The notes beneath the pieces were generated by a model. The model was not told the DNA's origin, made no database searches, and was given only the letters and a program-made list of their open reading frames with translations. From Rhodothermales bacterium (GTDB lineage Bacteria; Bacteroidota; Rhodothermia; Rhodothermales; Bin80): a stretch of DNA of 64,000 nt. Below are positions 1-9,393 of the stretch, one piece after another. Position numbers and translations under genes: made by a program. The stretch is from NCBI GenBank assembly GCA_958296045.1, contig CATQHT010000003.1:71246-135245 (forward strand), read 5' to 3'. Each line of letters begins with the position of its first letter. The first letter of the stretch is position 1.

Positions 1-321
1 TTCGGCCAAGTTAAACAACGCATCCAGCTCCATCTGGTCCCGCCGGGCCGTCACCATGTCGTCCTTGGCCCCCAGCACTGCTCCGCTCCTGTGCTCAACC
101 ATTTCGTCAGGCCCCGGCCCCATCGTCGTCATAGCGCGCATAACAGGCTTTTCGAGCGTACCATACTGAAAAGCGATTTCGCTGATGTTGATCAGGTACA
201 CATGCGGCTCCAAGTGCCGATCTGGATAGATCTGGGACCCGTCCGTGGCTACCGCCGTCATCGGCGTAGGGCGCATAGCAGGGACATGGACACCGGTCGG
301 GTCCTCGATGGGTGTCGCCAT
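1..321 (-). CDS. partial CDS running off the left edge; possible NurA-like nuclease (weak)
   Basis: My own minus-strand translation is open from the ATG at 321 to position 1: MATPIEDPTGVHVPAMRPTPMTAVATDGSQIYPDRHLEPHVYLINISEIAFQYGTLEKPVMRAM... It is absent from the ORF track because no stop lies in the window. ATDGSQI..PDRH recalls the catalytic DGS motif of NurA-domain nucleases (from memory). The start is uncertain because the frame stays open further upstream. Confidence 0.3.
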   Translation of the reverse strand, partial: MATPIEDPTGVHVPAMRPTPMTAVATDGSQIYPDRHLEPHVYLINISEIAFQYGTLEKPVMRAMTTMGPGPDEMVEHRSGAVLGAKDDMVTARRDQMELDALFNLAE

Positions 322-485
322 CAAGAAGGGAACCCGCAGTTGCCGCTGGCACTGCTCATGCCATGTGCCCGAAAGGTCACGCAGGCACTTGCGGGCAGAA
401 TGGAGCCGCTGGTGGCGTGCAGAGCGTCCCTCATGCCGCAGCGCGCAGTACTCGGCGATCTGATTAGAAAGCTGCCGTATGTTAA

Positions 486-1682
486 GTGTGGTGGCCAAGC
501 CCTTTTTCAGTTGCACCGCCCGTGATTGACGCCTCCGCAGGCCTCTACATCCATGTGCCGTTCTGCAGGCAGCGCTGCTCGTATTGCGATTTCTATTTCG
601 TAACCGGTCAACGCGACCACAGCGCGTATGTTGACGCTTTATGCTTGGAACTGCGCCAATTGGCGGAGCTGGGGTTCGCACAGCCTTTGCAGACAATATA
701 CCTCGGGGGAGGCACGCCCTCCCGGTTAGCGATCGAAGACCTTGATCGTCTGCTCAGTGCTGTTCAGAGCATTTTGGGGGTCGCCGAAGGCGCAGAGGTC
801 ACTATGGAGCTCAACCCGGAAGACTGCTCAACCGCCTATGTGCGCGCACTGGGTGCGGTCGGCATAAATCGTGCCAGCCTGGGCATTCAGTCATTCTTTG
901 ACGATGAGCTGCAATTCATGAACCGCAGCCATGATGCAGTCCAGGCGCAACGCGCGCTGATACAGGTGGCAGAAGGCGGGTTTAACAGCTTCAGCGTGGA
1001 CGTCATCTTCGGGTTACCACAGCAGCCTCCCGAAAGATGGGCAGCCACCCTGGATCAGCTTACCGCCTACCATCCGCCGCACATTTCCGCGTACGCGCTC
1101 ACTATTGAGCCCAAGACGCCGCTCATGCGCATGGTGCGACGTAACCTGGTCACACCAGCCCGCGATGACGTGGTGGCCACCCACTATCAGATGGCCATCG
1201 AAACGCTACGCCTACGCGGCTGGGAGCACTATGAGATATCCAGCTTCGCCCAGCCTGGGCACCGCGCCGTTCACAACCAGCGCTACTTGAACCACCAGAA
1301 CACACTGGGCGCAGGCCCCGCTGCCGTCTCTTTCTGCCACGATCCTGAGCTTGGCCCGATGCGCTGGAGTAACGTGCGAAGCCTGCGCCGGTACTTGAAA
1401 TGTGTCGCGTCGGGCCAGAGCCCGGTGGACTTTCGAGAGAGGCTGACGCCGGCCACGATGGGTGCCGAACGCATCATGCTGAGCCTGCGAACGGCCGAAG
1501 GGATCCCGCTGGATCTGTTGCGCGACAGATATGGTATTGACCTTCTGACAGTTAGCGCTGGGGCTGTTCGCACCATGCAGCAGGGCGGCCTGATTGCATG
1601 CGAAGGCGGCTTTCTGCGCCTAACCGACCGCGGCAAACACCTGTGCGACAGCGTTACGGAGCAACTATGGCCATCGATGTGA
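486..1682 (+). CDS. hemW: radical SAM heme chaperone / oxygen-independent coproporphyrinogen oxidase-like protein (HemW type)
   Basis: 398-aa ORF with the radical-SAM CxxxCxxC motif near the N-terminus (LYIHVPFCRQRCSYCDFYF) and a HemN_C-like tail. Its length fits HemW rather than HemN. An alternative in-frame GTG start lies at 522. Confidence 0.85.
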   Translation: MWWPSPFSVAPPVIDASAGLYIHVPFCRQRCSYCDFYFVTGQRDHSAYVDALCLELRQLAELGFAQPLQTIYLGGGTPSRLAIEDLDRLLSAVQSILGVAEGAEVTMELNPEDCSTAYVRALGAVGINRASLGIQSFFDDELQFMNRSHDAVQAQRALIQVAEGGFNSFSVDVIFGLPQQPPERWAATLDQLTAYHPPHISAYALTIEPKTPLMRMVRRNLVTPARDDVVATHYQMAIETLRLRGWEHYEISSFAQPGHRAVHNQRYLNHQNTLGAGPAAVSFCHDPELGPMRWSNVRSLRRYLKCVASGQSPVDFRERLTPATMGAERIMLSLRTAEGIPLDLLRDRYGIDLLTVSAGAVRTMQQGGLIACEGGFLRLTDRGKHLCDSVTEQLWPSM

Positions 1683-1716
1683 ACCGCCCGGCGTGCATCG
1701 TGTAAAATCACGCGCC

Positions 1717-2214
1717 ATGTCCCCTTTCCGTTTCCCATTCGTACGCACTGGTCTGCTGCTATTGGCCATCATTGTGGCCGGTGCCTGCAACCGCGAACAA
1801 ACCGCCACGACTCCCGAGTTTGGCGTGCGGCCCGACGGAAGGCTGGCATTTCTGGCATCCGATAGCACGATATTGCACAGCATCAACATCGAGATCGCCG
1901 ATACGCGCGAAACACGTCAGCGTGGACTGATGGAACGCCGCGGAATGCGGGTGGATGAAGGTATGCTCTTTATCTTTCCAGCACCGGACATGCTCAGCTT
2001 CTGGATGCGCAACACAGCCATGCCGCTGGACATCATCTTTGTTGACGAGGGCCTCAACATCGTTAATATTGCTCAACGTACGAAGCCGCTTTCAGACCAG
2101 TATATCCGTGCCACCGCTCCGGTTCAATACGTGGTGGAGGTCCGAGGCGGTGTTACCGAACGGTTTGGCATCACCGACGCAGCCTCGGTGCGCTGGCAAC
2201 GCCACGCTGACTAG
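1717..2214 (+). CDS. DUF192 family lipoprotein
   Basis: ORF 1693..2214. The ATG at 1717 gives a lipoprotein signal (MSPFRFPFVRTGLLLLAIIVAGAC). The core FWMRNTAMPLDIIFVD...YVVEVRGG matches the DUF192 pattern as I remember it. Confidence 0.7.
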   Translation: MSPFRFPFVRTGLLLLAIIVAGACNREQTATTPEFGVRPDGRLAFLASDSTILHSINIEIADTRETRQRGLMERRGMRVDEGMLFIFPAPDMLSFWMRNTAMPLDIIFVDEGLNIVNIAQRTKPLSDQYIRATAPVQYVVEVRGGVTERFGITDAASVRWQRHAD

Positions 2215-2237
2215 ATCAGCATTACCAGACTAGAACT

Positions 2238-2744
2238 ATGCGGGCCACATCGCTGCCGCTATGGCTGTTACTCCTGCTGTCAGGCCTTGGGGCCTGCGGC
2301 CCGAAACAGGAGCGCTCCGCAGCAACTCAGGTAGCGAACCCGGAAGCAGAAGTGACGATTCCATTCCGAATTGACGGTACGCTCGACCTGATGCGGGACG
2401 GCGAAACGCTGCTGACGCTTAACATCGAGATCGCAGACAACGATTCGTCACGCGAGCGCGGCATGATGCAACGCGAGTCGTTTCCAGAGCGCACTGGCAT
2501 GCTGTTCACCTTCAGCCAGAGCACCATCCAGCAGTTCTGGATGGGAAACACGCCACTGCCGCTGGACCTCCTGTTTATCAGTCCCGACTCACTGGTGGTG
2601 GGTTTCGCCAAATATGCGGTCCCATACTCCAATGAACCACTCACGTCCCCCGCGCCCGCCCGCTTCGTGCTTGAGGTGCCAGCCGGCTGGGTCGACTCCA
2701 ACGGCATCATCGAAGGGGATCGCGTCCGGTGGCATCGCCATTAG
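2238..2744 (+). CDS. DUF192 family lipoprotein (tandem paralog)
   Basis: Signal plus lipobox (LLLLLSGLGAC). It has the same core as the upstream gene (LNIEIADNDSSRERGMM...FWMGNTPLPLDLLFI...FVLEVPAGW). Confidence 0.7.
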   Translation: MRATSLPLWLLLLLSGLGACGPKQERSAATQVANPEAEVTIPFRIDGTLDLMRDGETLLTLNIEIADNDSSRERGMMQRESFPERTGMLFTFSQSTIQQFWMGNTPLPLDLLFISPDSLVVGFAKYAVPYSNEPLTSPAPARFVLEVPAGWVDSNGIIEGDRVRWHRH

Positions 2745-3079
2745 AGCCCGAAAGATTCCCCGCAGGCACAGGTGCGCACCGCCTGCGGATTCTGAAAGTG
2801 AAATCCTTTACCGCCAAGACCGTCAGTAAAGTCCAGCGCCACCCCGTCCATATACAATCGGCTGCGACGGTCTACCAGTATCTTGAATTCCTCCGCCTCA
2901 AATACGCTGTCGCCCTCCTGCTTGGTGGTATCCCAGCCAAGCTCGTATGTGAGACCCGAGCAGCCTCCTGGCACCACCGCTACGCGCAGCATGTGGGATT
3001 CAGGCGTGACCGACTCTTCGGTGGCGATCTGCCGGACCCTGTCCAACGCACGCTCCGTAATGCTGAAGATCATGGTCAT
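2741..3079 (-). CDS. HesB/IscA-family iron-sulfur cluster insertion protein
   Basis: 112 aa with GGCSGLTYELG and a C-terminal CACGESF, the three-Cys IscA/ErpA/SufA signature. It is divergent from sufB. Confidence 0.85.
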   Translation of the reverse strand: MTMIFSITERALDRVRQIATEESVTPESHMLRVAVVPGGCSGLTYELGWDTTKQEGDSVFEAEEFKILVDRRSRLYMDGVALDFTDGLGGKGFHFQNPQAVRTCACGESFGL

Positions 3080-3275
3080 GGTGTTCGAACGCTTTGGTGA
3101 AGTAAGATGAGACGCCTGATTGGACCACGTCTACACGGCGCCTTGCGGCGATACGGCCTCAGGCTGGGCTCCCATATTCACCCATATTTTGCCAAAGTCA
3201 GAAACAACAAACGTCCGCTGCGGTTCATATGTTCTGCCTTAACGAGGCCACGACTCCTGCCATTATCGTTCCCAC

Positions 3276-4733
3276 ATGAATACCGACACCCAGTATCTGC
3301 ATGAGGTTGCCGCCGGCGATTATGAGCACGGCTGGGTTACTGAGGTAGCCTCTGATACCATACCAAAAGGGTTAAGCGAAGACGTCATCCGGCTTATCTC
3401 GTCTAAGAAGCAGGATCCGGACTGGATGCTGGAGCGGCGCCTACGTGCCCTTCGGCACTGGCAAACCCTTCACGACAAGGAGAAGCATCCGAGTTGGGCA
3501 CATCTGCAAATCCCTGCCATCGACTTCCAGAGTATCAGCTACTATTCCGCACCGGGCAAGAAAGCCAAGTACCAGAGTCTGGACGAGGTAGACCCGGAGG
3601 TGCTGCGCACGTTTGAGCGGCTCGGCATCCCCCTCAAAGAGCAAGAACGCCTGGCTGGCGTGGCCGTCGATGCCGTCATCGACAGCGTGTCTGTAGCCAC
3701 CAGCTTCAAGGAAGAACTCGCAGAGCGTGGCATCATCTTCTGCTCCTTTTCCGAAGCGATAGAGGAACACCCAGAGCTGGTGCGCAAATATATGGGGTCC
3801 GTAGTGCCGCATACGGACAACTTCTATGCGGCACTCAATGCGGCGGTCTTCAGCGATGGCTCCTTCTGTTACATCCCACCGGGTGTCCGCTGCCCCATGG
3901 AACTGTCCACCTACTTTCGCATCAACCAGGCCGGAACCGGCCAGTTTGAGCGCACGCTGATTGTGGCCGACAAGGGTTCCTACGTCTCCTACCTGGAAGG
4001 GTGCACCGCTCCCATGCGGGACGAGCACCAGCTGCATGCCGCCGTGGTGGAAATCATCGCGCACGAAGATGCCGAAGTAAAGTACTCCACCATACAGAAC
4101 TGGTACCCGGGGGACGCAAACGGCAAGGGGGGAGTACTCAACTTCGTGACCAAGCGCGGCATCTGCCAGGGCACCCGATCCAAAATCTCGTGGACGCAGC
4201 TGGAAACAGGGTCCGCCATCACATGGAAATACCCGAGCGTTATCCTCAAAGGAGATGACAGCAAAGGGGAGTTTTATTCGGTGGCGTTCACGAAGGGCCG
4301 CCAACAAGCGGACACCGGCACGAAAATGCTGCATCTGGGGCGCAACACCTCCAGCACCATCATCTCCAAAGGGATCTCCGCCGGCCGCTCGAACAACAGC
4401 TATCGAGGGCTCGTTCGGATCGGCCGCAAGGCGCATAATGCGCGTAACTTTTCGCAGTGTGACTCCATGCTTCTTGGCAACCGGTGCGGAGCGCACACCT
4501 TTCCGTATCTCGAGACTAGCAATCCCACCGCGCAGGTGGAGCACGAAGCCACGACATCCAAGGTCGGTGAGGATCAGATGTTCTATTGTAATCAGCGCGG
4601 CATCAGCGAACAGGATGCCATAAAGCTGATTGTGACGGGCTTCTGCCAGGAAATCCTTGGTAAGCTGCCGATGGAATTTGCTGTAGAAGCGCGCAAGCTC
4701 CTGGCTATTGAGCTGGAAGGATCCGTCGGCTAG
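3276..4733 (+). CDS. sufB: Fe-S cluster assembly scaffold SufB
   Basis: 485 aa and recognisably SufB throughout (…[32 protein letters not shown]…[17 protein letters not shown]…[16 protein letters not shown]). It is followed by sufC and sufD. Confidence 0.95.
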   Translation: MNTDTQYLHEVAAGDYEHGWVTEVASDTIPKGLSEDVIRLISSKKQDPDWMLERRLRALRHWQTLHDKEKHPSWAHLQIPAIDFQSISYYSAPGKKAKYQSLDEVDPEVLRTFERLGIPLKEQERLAGVAVDAVIDSVSVATSFKEELAERGIIFCSFSEAIEEHPELVRKYMGSVVPHTDNFYAALNAAVFSDGSFCYIPPGVRCPMELSTYFRINQAGTGQFERTLIVADKGSYVSYLEGCTAPMRDEHQLHAAVVEIIAHEDAEVKYSTIQNWYPGDANGKGGVLNFVTKRGICQGTRSKISWTQLETGSAITWKYPSVILKGDDSKGEFYSVAFTKGRQQADTGTKMLHLGRNTSSTIISKGISAGRSNNSYRGLVRIGRKAHNARNFSQCDSMLLGNRCGAHTFPYLETSNPTAQVEHEATTSKVGEDQMFYCNQRGISEQDAIKLIVTGFCQEILGKLPMEFAVEARKLLAIELEGSVG

Positions 4734-4761
4734 ATGCGCACGATTCCAACCACTGTTAACC

Positions 4762-5526
4762 ATGCAACCTGTACTTGAAATAAGCAATCTGCAGGCCTCC
4801 GCCGGTGATGTGTCCATCCTCAAAGGGGTGAACCTGACTGTCGGAGGCGGTGAATTGCATGCCATTATGGGGCCGAACGGCTCCGGCAAAAGCACGCTGG
4901 CTGCCGTTCTGGCTGGTCGGGACGAATACCAGATCAATGGCGGTTCTGTCCGCTACCGGGGAGAAGATCTGCTGGAAATGGAACCCGACGAACGGGCACG
5001 CGAAGGCGTCTTTCTGGCCTTTCAGTATCCGGTCGAGCTTCCGGGTGTGAGCATGATGAATTTTCTGAAGCAAGCGGTAAGCTCGGTGCGCGAGCACCGG
5101 GGGGAACCCCCGCTTCGCGCAGTAGACCTGTTGCGCCTGTCGCGCGAGAAGGCGGCGCTTATCGGGCTCGACCACAAGCTTGTTCGCCGCTCGGTCAACG
5201 AAGGCTTCTCGGGTGGCGAAAAGAAGCGCAATGAGATCTTCCAGCTTGCGATGCTGGATCCGGTGCTCGCCATCCTCGACGAAACCGACTCCGGTCTCGA
5301 CATTGACGCGCTGCGCAGCGTAGCGGACGGCGTGAACAGGCTGCGCTCAAAGGAGCGTGCCTTCCTGATTATCACGCACTATCAGCGGCTACTGAACTAC
5401 ATCGTGCCAGACTTTGTGCACGTCATGGTCGAGGGACGTATCGCGCGCAGCGGCGGCAAAGAGCTCGCACTGGAGCTGGAATCCCGAGGCTACGACTGGG
5501 TGGCCCGCGAACCGATCCTGGCGTGA
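4762..5526 (+). CDS. sufC: Fe-S cluster assembly ATPase SufC
   Basis: Walker A GPNGSGKST, ABC signature FSGGEKKR, Walker B LAILDETDSGLD. I chose the ATG at 4762 (MQPVLEISNL); the track start at 4708 overlaps the sufB end. Confidence 0.95.
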   Translation: MQPVLEISNLQASAGDVSILKGVNLTVGGGELHAIMGPNGSGKSTLAAVLAGRDEYQINGGSVRYRGEDLLEMEPDERAREGVFLAFQYPVELPGVSMMNFLKQAVSSVREHRGEPPLRAVDLLRLSREKAALIGLDHKLVRRSVNEGFSGGEKKRNEIFQLAMLDPVLAILDETDSGLDIDALRSVADGVNRLRSKERAFLIITHYQRLLNYIVPDFVHVMVEGRIARSGGKELALELESRGYDWVAREPILA

Positions 5527-6854
5527 TGCGCAAAATCAGTCCCCCACGTCCGAGGATGCGAATGCCCGCGCGCCAAGCGCTAGAAATACCATTCGTTCAC
5601 GCCGTCGAAAAGTGCTTTGCAGAACACCTTCACGGCGACCTTGGCTGGTGGCGCGACCGCTGCCACAAAGGGATGACGTGCTTCCGCCGGCTCGGCTTCC
5701 CCACTCAGCGTCAGGAATCCTGGAAGTATACCAGCCTTGCCTCTGTGCTACGCCAGCCGCTGGCGACCGGCGGTTCACCAATTCCTTACCCGGGCCCCTT
5801 GCCCTGGGTCGACGGACTGGATGCTCATGTGGGCGTATTTGTCGACGGCCGCTTGGATAAGTCTCGCTCCTCGTTGGCATCGCTACCGCCTGGCGTGTTG
5901 GTGACTGACCTTCACCGTGCTGGCTTTTCTAGGGCATGTAATCTTGGGACGCTTGCGAACAGTACGCGCCACCCGTTTGTCGCGCTCAATACCGCATTCC
6001 TGACAGGCGGCGCCTTCGTCCTTATCGATGCGAACGTCTTCCTGGACAAGCCGATCCATGTGATGCATCTGGCCACGAGCAACAGGGGACGGCTGGCGCA
6101 ACCACGTACACTTGTGCACGCCTTTCGCGAATCCAGAGCCAGCGTGATTGAATCCGTACACCTTGAATCCGCTGGTCCCTCCCTCATCAACGCGGTCAGC
6201 GAATACCAACTGGAAAACTTAACACATGTGTCCCGTTATGAGCTACAAGACCCGGCTGCGCATGTCAGTTGCGTCAGTTCACTGGACGTCACGCCGGGCT
6301 ACAGTAGCAGATTTGAGAACCACTGCTTCACCTTTGGTGGCGACGTAGTGCGCAACAATGTGCGCGTATTGCAAATTAGAATGGACTCCGAAACCGTCCT
6401 CAATGGCCTCTTTATGGCGCGCAACCGGTCGCATGTGGATAACCACACACTCGTACACCATGCAGTGCCCGACGGCTTCAGCTCCGAGAACTACCGGGGA
6501 ATCCTGGACGATCACGCGACTGGCGTCTTCAACGGCAAGGTACTGGTCGCCCCGGACGCGCAGAAAACCAATGCGTATCAGACCAACAAGAGCATCGTTC
6601 TTTCGGACACCGCGCGCATGTTTGCCAAGCCGGAGCTGGAGATCTATGCCGACGATGTGAAGTGCAGCCATGGTGCTACCACCGGGCAACTCAGTGAAGA
6701 CGCACTGTTTTATCTTCGAACGCGCGGTCTGACCATTAAGGATGCTCGCACCCTGCTGTTGCAGGCCTTTGCTGGCGAAATCACCGGCGAGGTGCCGCAT
6801 GCAGCGCTGCGCGAAGCGTTGAATCAGCGCGTAACAGCCAGCCTTCAGGGATGA
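5523..6854 (+). CDS. sufD: Fe-S cluster assembly protein SufD
   Basis: 443 aa. The C-terminal half has the SufB/SufD fold motifs (…VFNGKVLVAPDAQKTNAYQTNKSIVLSDTARMFAKPELEIYADDVKCSHGATTGQL). The start overlaps the sufC stop. Confidence 0.85.
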   Translation: MMRKISPPRPRMRMPARQALEIPFVHAVEKCFAEHLHGDLGWWRDRCHKGMTCFRRLGFPTQRQESWKYTSLASVLRQPLATGGSPIPYPGPLPWVDGLDAHVGVFVDGRLDKSRSSLASLPPGVLVTDLHRAGFSRACNLGTLANSTRHPFVALNTAFLTGGAFVLIDANVFLDKPIHVMHLATSNRGRLAQPRTLVHAFRESRASVIESVHLESAGPSLINAVSEYQLENLTHVSRYELQDPAAHVSCVSSLDVTPGYSSRFENHCFTFGGDVVRNNVRVLQIRMDSETVLNGLFMARNRSHVDNHTLVHHAVPDGFSSENYRGILDDHATGVFNGKVLVAPDAQKTNAYQTNKSIVLSDTARMFAKPELEIYADDVKCSHGATTGQLSEDALFYLRTRGLTIKDARTLLLQAFAGEITGEVPHAALREALNQRVTASLQG

Positions 6855-7022
6855 CGCAGCGCTGACGGTCACGGCTTCTGGCGAAGCACAAACCTGGCGG
6901 CGACGCCGCTTGTGCAGGGGCGAGTGCCTTCCACCTGCGGCCCGCGGCCCAGGCATTGGAGCGCTGGCGACAGACGGATCGCGCGCAACAGGTTTTCTTG
7001 ATGACCAACTACCTGGTACGCT

Positions 7023-8708
7023 ATGGACTCTGGCCTCCTCGCTCGCAATGATTTTCCCGCGCTGCGGCAGCGCGTGCACGGCAAGCCGCTCACCTATTTT
7101 GACAGCGGCGCGAGTGCGCTGAAGCCGCAAGTGGTAGTCGACCGTCTGTCTCAATACTATGCCCGGGAACACAGCAACATCCACCGTGGCGTGCACACGC
7201 TCAGCCAGCGTGCCACCGACCTCTTCGAGAGTGCCCGGCGGCGCGCCGCACAGTTTTTAGGCGCAGCGCATACGCACGAAATCATCTTTACGCGCGGTAC
7301 GACCGAGGCCATCAACCTCGTGGCCAGCACCTACGGCCAAAGTCGTGTGGGATCCGGTGACGAAATTCTGGTCACCGGCATGGAGCACCATTCCAACATG
7401 GTTCCCTGGCAGATGCTCTGTGAGGCCAAAGATGCTAAGCTGAACATCATCCCGGTCACAGGGAGCGGAGAGCTCGACCTGACACACCTGGATCGCCTGC
7501 TGACTTCTCGAACTCGGCTTGTGGCGATGACGCACGTATCCAACGCTCTGGGGACCGTGACGCCACTGCGCCAAGTCATCGCCGCTGCCCATGCGCGCGA
7601 CATCCCCGTACTCGTCGATGGCGCCCAGTCGGCACCCCACTGCCGCATCAATGTGCAGGAGCTGGATTGTGACTTTTTTGCGCTCAGCGGCCACAAGGTG
7701 TATGGTCCGACAGGCATCGGTATCCTATACGGCAAAGAAGCCTTATTGGAGGCCATGCCGCCATGGCAGGGTGGCGGTGATATGATACAGTCTGTCACCT
7801 ACGACACTTTTACGTACGACACGCTGCCACACAAGTTTGAGGCGGGCACGCCGCATATCGCGGGCGTCATCGGGCTGGCTACCGCCTTTGACTACTTGGA
7901 ATCGATCGGCATGAACCGTGTTGCGGCCCACGAGCACAACGTACTGACGTATGCCCACGAACGGCTCTTGGATATTGACGGCGTCAGGCTCATCGGCACC
8001 GCCAAAGATAAGGCGGGAGTCATTAGCTTTCTGGTAGACGACACGCACCACTATGATGTCGGTAAGCTTCTTGATGAACACGGCGTAGCCGTCCGCGTCG
8101 GGCACCACTGCGCTATGCCGCTGATGCTGCACCTTGGCATCGCCGGAACCGTTCGCGCATCCCTGGGCGTCTACAACACGCGCGGCGATGTGGATCGCCT
8201 GACCGAAGCGGTTCGCCTCGCCCAACAGCAGCTAAGTAACGTTAGGACGGGTACACACGCCATTCCCGCCATCAACGGGCATACCTTCGAGGAACGCGAA
8301 GCGGCGCTGCTGGAAGACCTTTCGCTCTTCGAATCGGCAGACGAAAAGCTCGAGTACCTGATGGAGCTTGGTGAAAACCTGCCACCCTACGAACAGGCGT
8401 ACCGGACAGAAGACTACCGCATCAACGGCTGCCAATCCATGGTATGGCTCCGTACCACGCAACAGGGTGAATGCCTGCAATTTATGGCCGACAGCGATGC
8501 GCTAGTGACCAAGGGCATGGTCGCTCTTATGGTCTACCTTCTAGACGGCATGGAGCCGCAAGCCATCTATGATCTGGACCTAGACCAGGTAATCGTCCGC
8601 ATTGGGCTGCCCAACCTTATCACTGCGCGGCGCAAGAACGGGCTGGCCAGTATGACTGCACGAATCAAACGAGACGCTGTAGCCTATGGAGCCTGTAGTT
8701 ATCAATAA
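7023..8708 (+). CDS. sufS: cysteine desulfurase SufS fused to a SufE-like sulfur-acceptor domain
   Basis: The first ~410 aa are a class V aminotransferase / SufS (…HRGVHTLS…ALSGHKVYGPTGIGILYGK…RVGHHCAMPL). The last ~140 aa match SufE (…EKLEYLMELGENLP…YRINGCQSMVWL…ADSDALVTKGMVAL…ITARRKNGLASM) in a single ORF. Confidence 0.9.
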   Translation: MDSGLLARNDFPALRQRVHGKPLTYFDSGASALKPQVVVDRLSQYYAREHSNIHRGVHTLSQRATDLFESARRRAAQFLGAAHTHEIIFTRGTTEAINLVASTYGQSRVGSGDEILVTGMEHHSNMVPWQMLCEAKDAKLNIIPVTGSGELDLTHLDRLLTSRTRLVAMTHVSNALGTVTPLRQVIAAAHARDIPVLVDGAQSAPHCRINVQELDCDFFALSGHKVYGPTGIGILYGKEALLEAMPPWQGGGDMIQSVTYDTFTYDTLPHKFEAGTPHIAGVIGLATAFDYLESIGMNRVAAHEHNVLTYAHERLLDIDGVRLIGTAKDKAGVISFLVDDTHHYDVGKLLDEHGVAVRVGHHCAMPLMLHLGIAGTVRASLGVYNTRGDVDRLTEAVRLAQQQLSNVRTGTHAIPAINGHTFEEREAALLEDLSLFESADEKLEYLMELGENLPPYEQAYRTEDYRINGCQSMVWLRTTQQGECLQFMADSDALVTKGMVALMVYLLDGMEPQAIYDLDLDQVIVRIGLPNLITARRKNGLASMTARIKRDAVAYGACSYQ

Positions 8709-9021
8709 CGCATCAAAGTCCTCACTAGCTGAGGACGTCGTCGATGCCATCCGCCAGGTGTACGACCCGGAAATCCCGGTGAACGTGTACGACCTGGGCC
8801 TAATCTACAAGGTCCGGCTCGATCCAGACGATCGGGTCTTTGTCACTATGACCTTAACCACGCCCAACTGCCCTGTAGCAGATATCCTGCCCGCCCAGGT
8901 AGAATCTGCCGTGATGCTGACCGAGGGCGTCTCCGATGCCCGGGTAACGCTGACGTTCGAACCGCCATTCACCATGGATATGATGTCGGACGAGGCTAAA
9001 CTGGAATTAGGCCTGCTTTGA
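8686..9021 (+). CDS. sufT: SUF-system DUF59/MIP18-family Fe-S assembly protein (SufT-like)
   Basis: 111 aa with DAIRQVYDPEIPVNVYDLGLIY…MTLTTPNCP, the classic DUF59 motif. It is the last gene of the suf operon. Confidence 0.8.
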   Translation: MEPVVINNASKSSLAEDVVDAIRQVYDPEIPVNVYDLGLIYKVRLDPDDRVFVTMTLTTPNCPVADILPAQVESAVMLTEGVSDARVTLTFEPPFTMDMMSDEAKLELGLL

Positions 9022-9393
9022 ATGCGACTCCGAAGCCGAGGAGGTGTATCAGACATGGAATGGCCGGTACCCGTTGCAGGCCTGGAGGGTCTGGCCCAGG
9101 AATGGGCAAGGCAACGGGTGGTACGCGGCGGCAGACAAGCGCTTCTGGTTGCATTACAGCACTGCCGCTGATCGTGTCTTGAGAGCTGCGATGCGTATGG
9201 TTCGCCCCAATGCAACGCTCGTGCGCAGGGCGATGGTCACTACTTACCCAATGGCCTGAACATCGTCAGATCCTTAGCACCGCAGTGCAGAAACGCTCAC
9301 TATAGCGGCAGCAAAGCATCGTATGTTTTGGCTTGACCTCTGGTGCCCAAGACCTTTCTGATCACATCTTAGGCACTGGACCATGGATACCTT

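Noticed and set aside
3441-4937. 498-aa minus-strand ORF, the longest unannotated ORF in the suf region
   Set aside because: It is fully antisense to sufB/sufC, which are unmistakable. The composition is Arg/Ala/Gly-rich, as is typical of shadow ORFs in high-GC DNA, and I recognised no motif.
6279-7196. 305-aa minus-strand ORF across the sufD/sufS junction
   Set aside because: It is antisense to two well-supported genes and has a shadow-ORF composition.
9022-9393. 370-nt leader upstream of the TonB-dependent receptor as a possible cobalamin or TPP riboswitch
   Set aside because: I found no B12-box (AGYCMGGAGACCKGCC-like) and no THI-box (CTGAGA…CCTGATCTGGATAATGC-like) elements on reading it.
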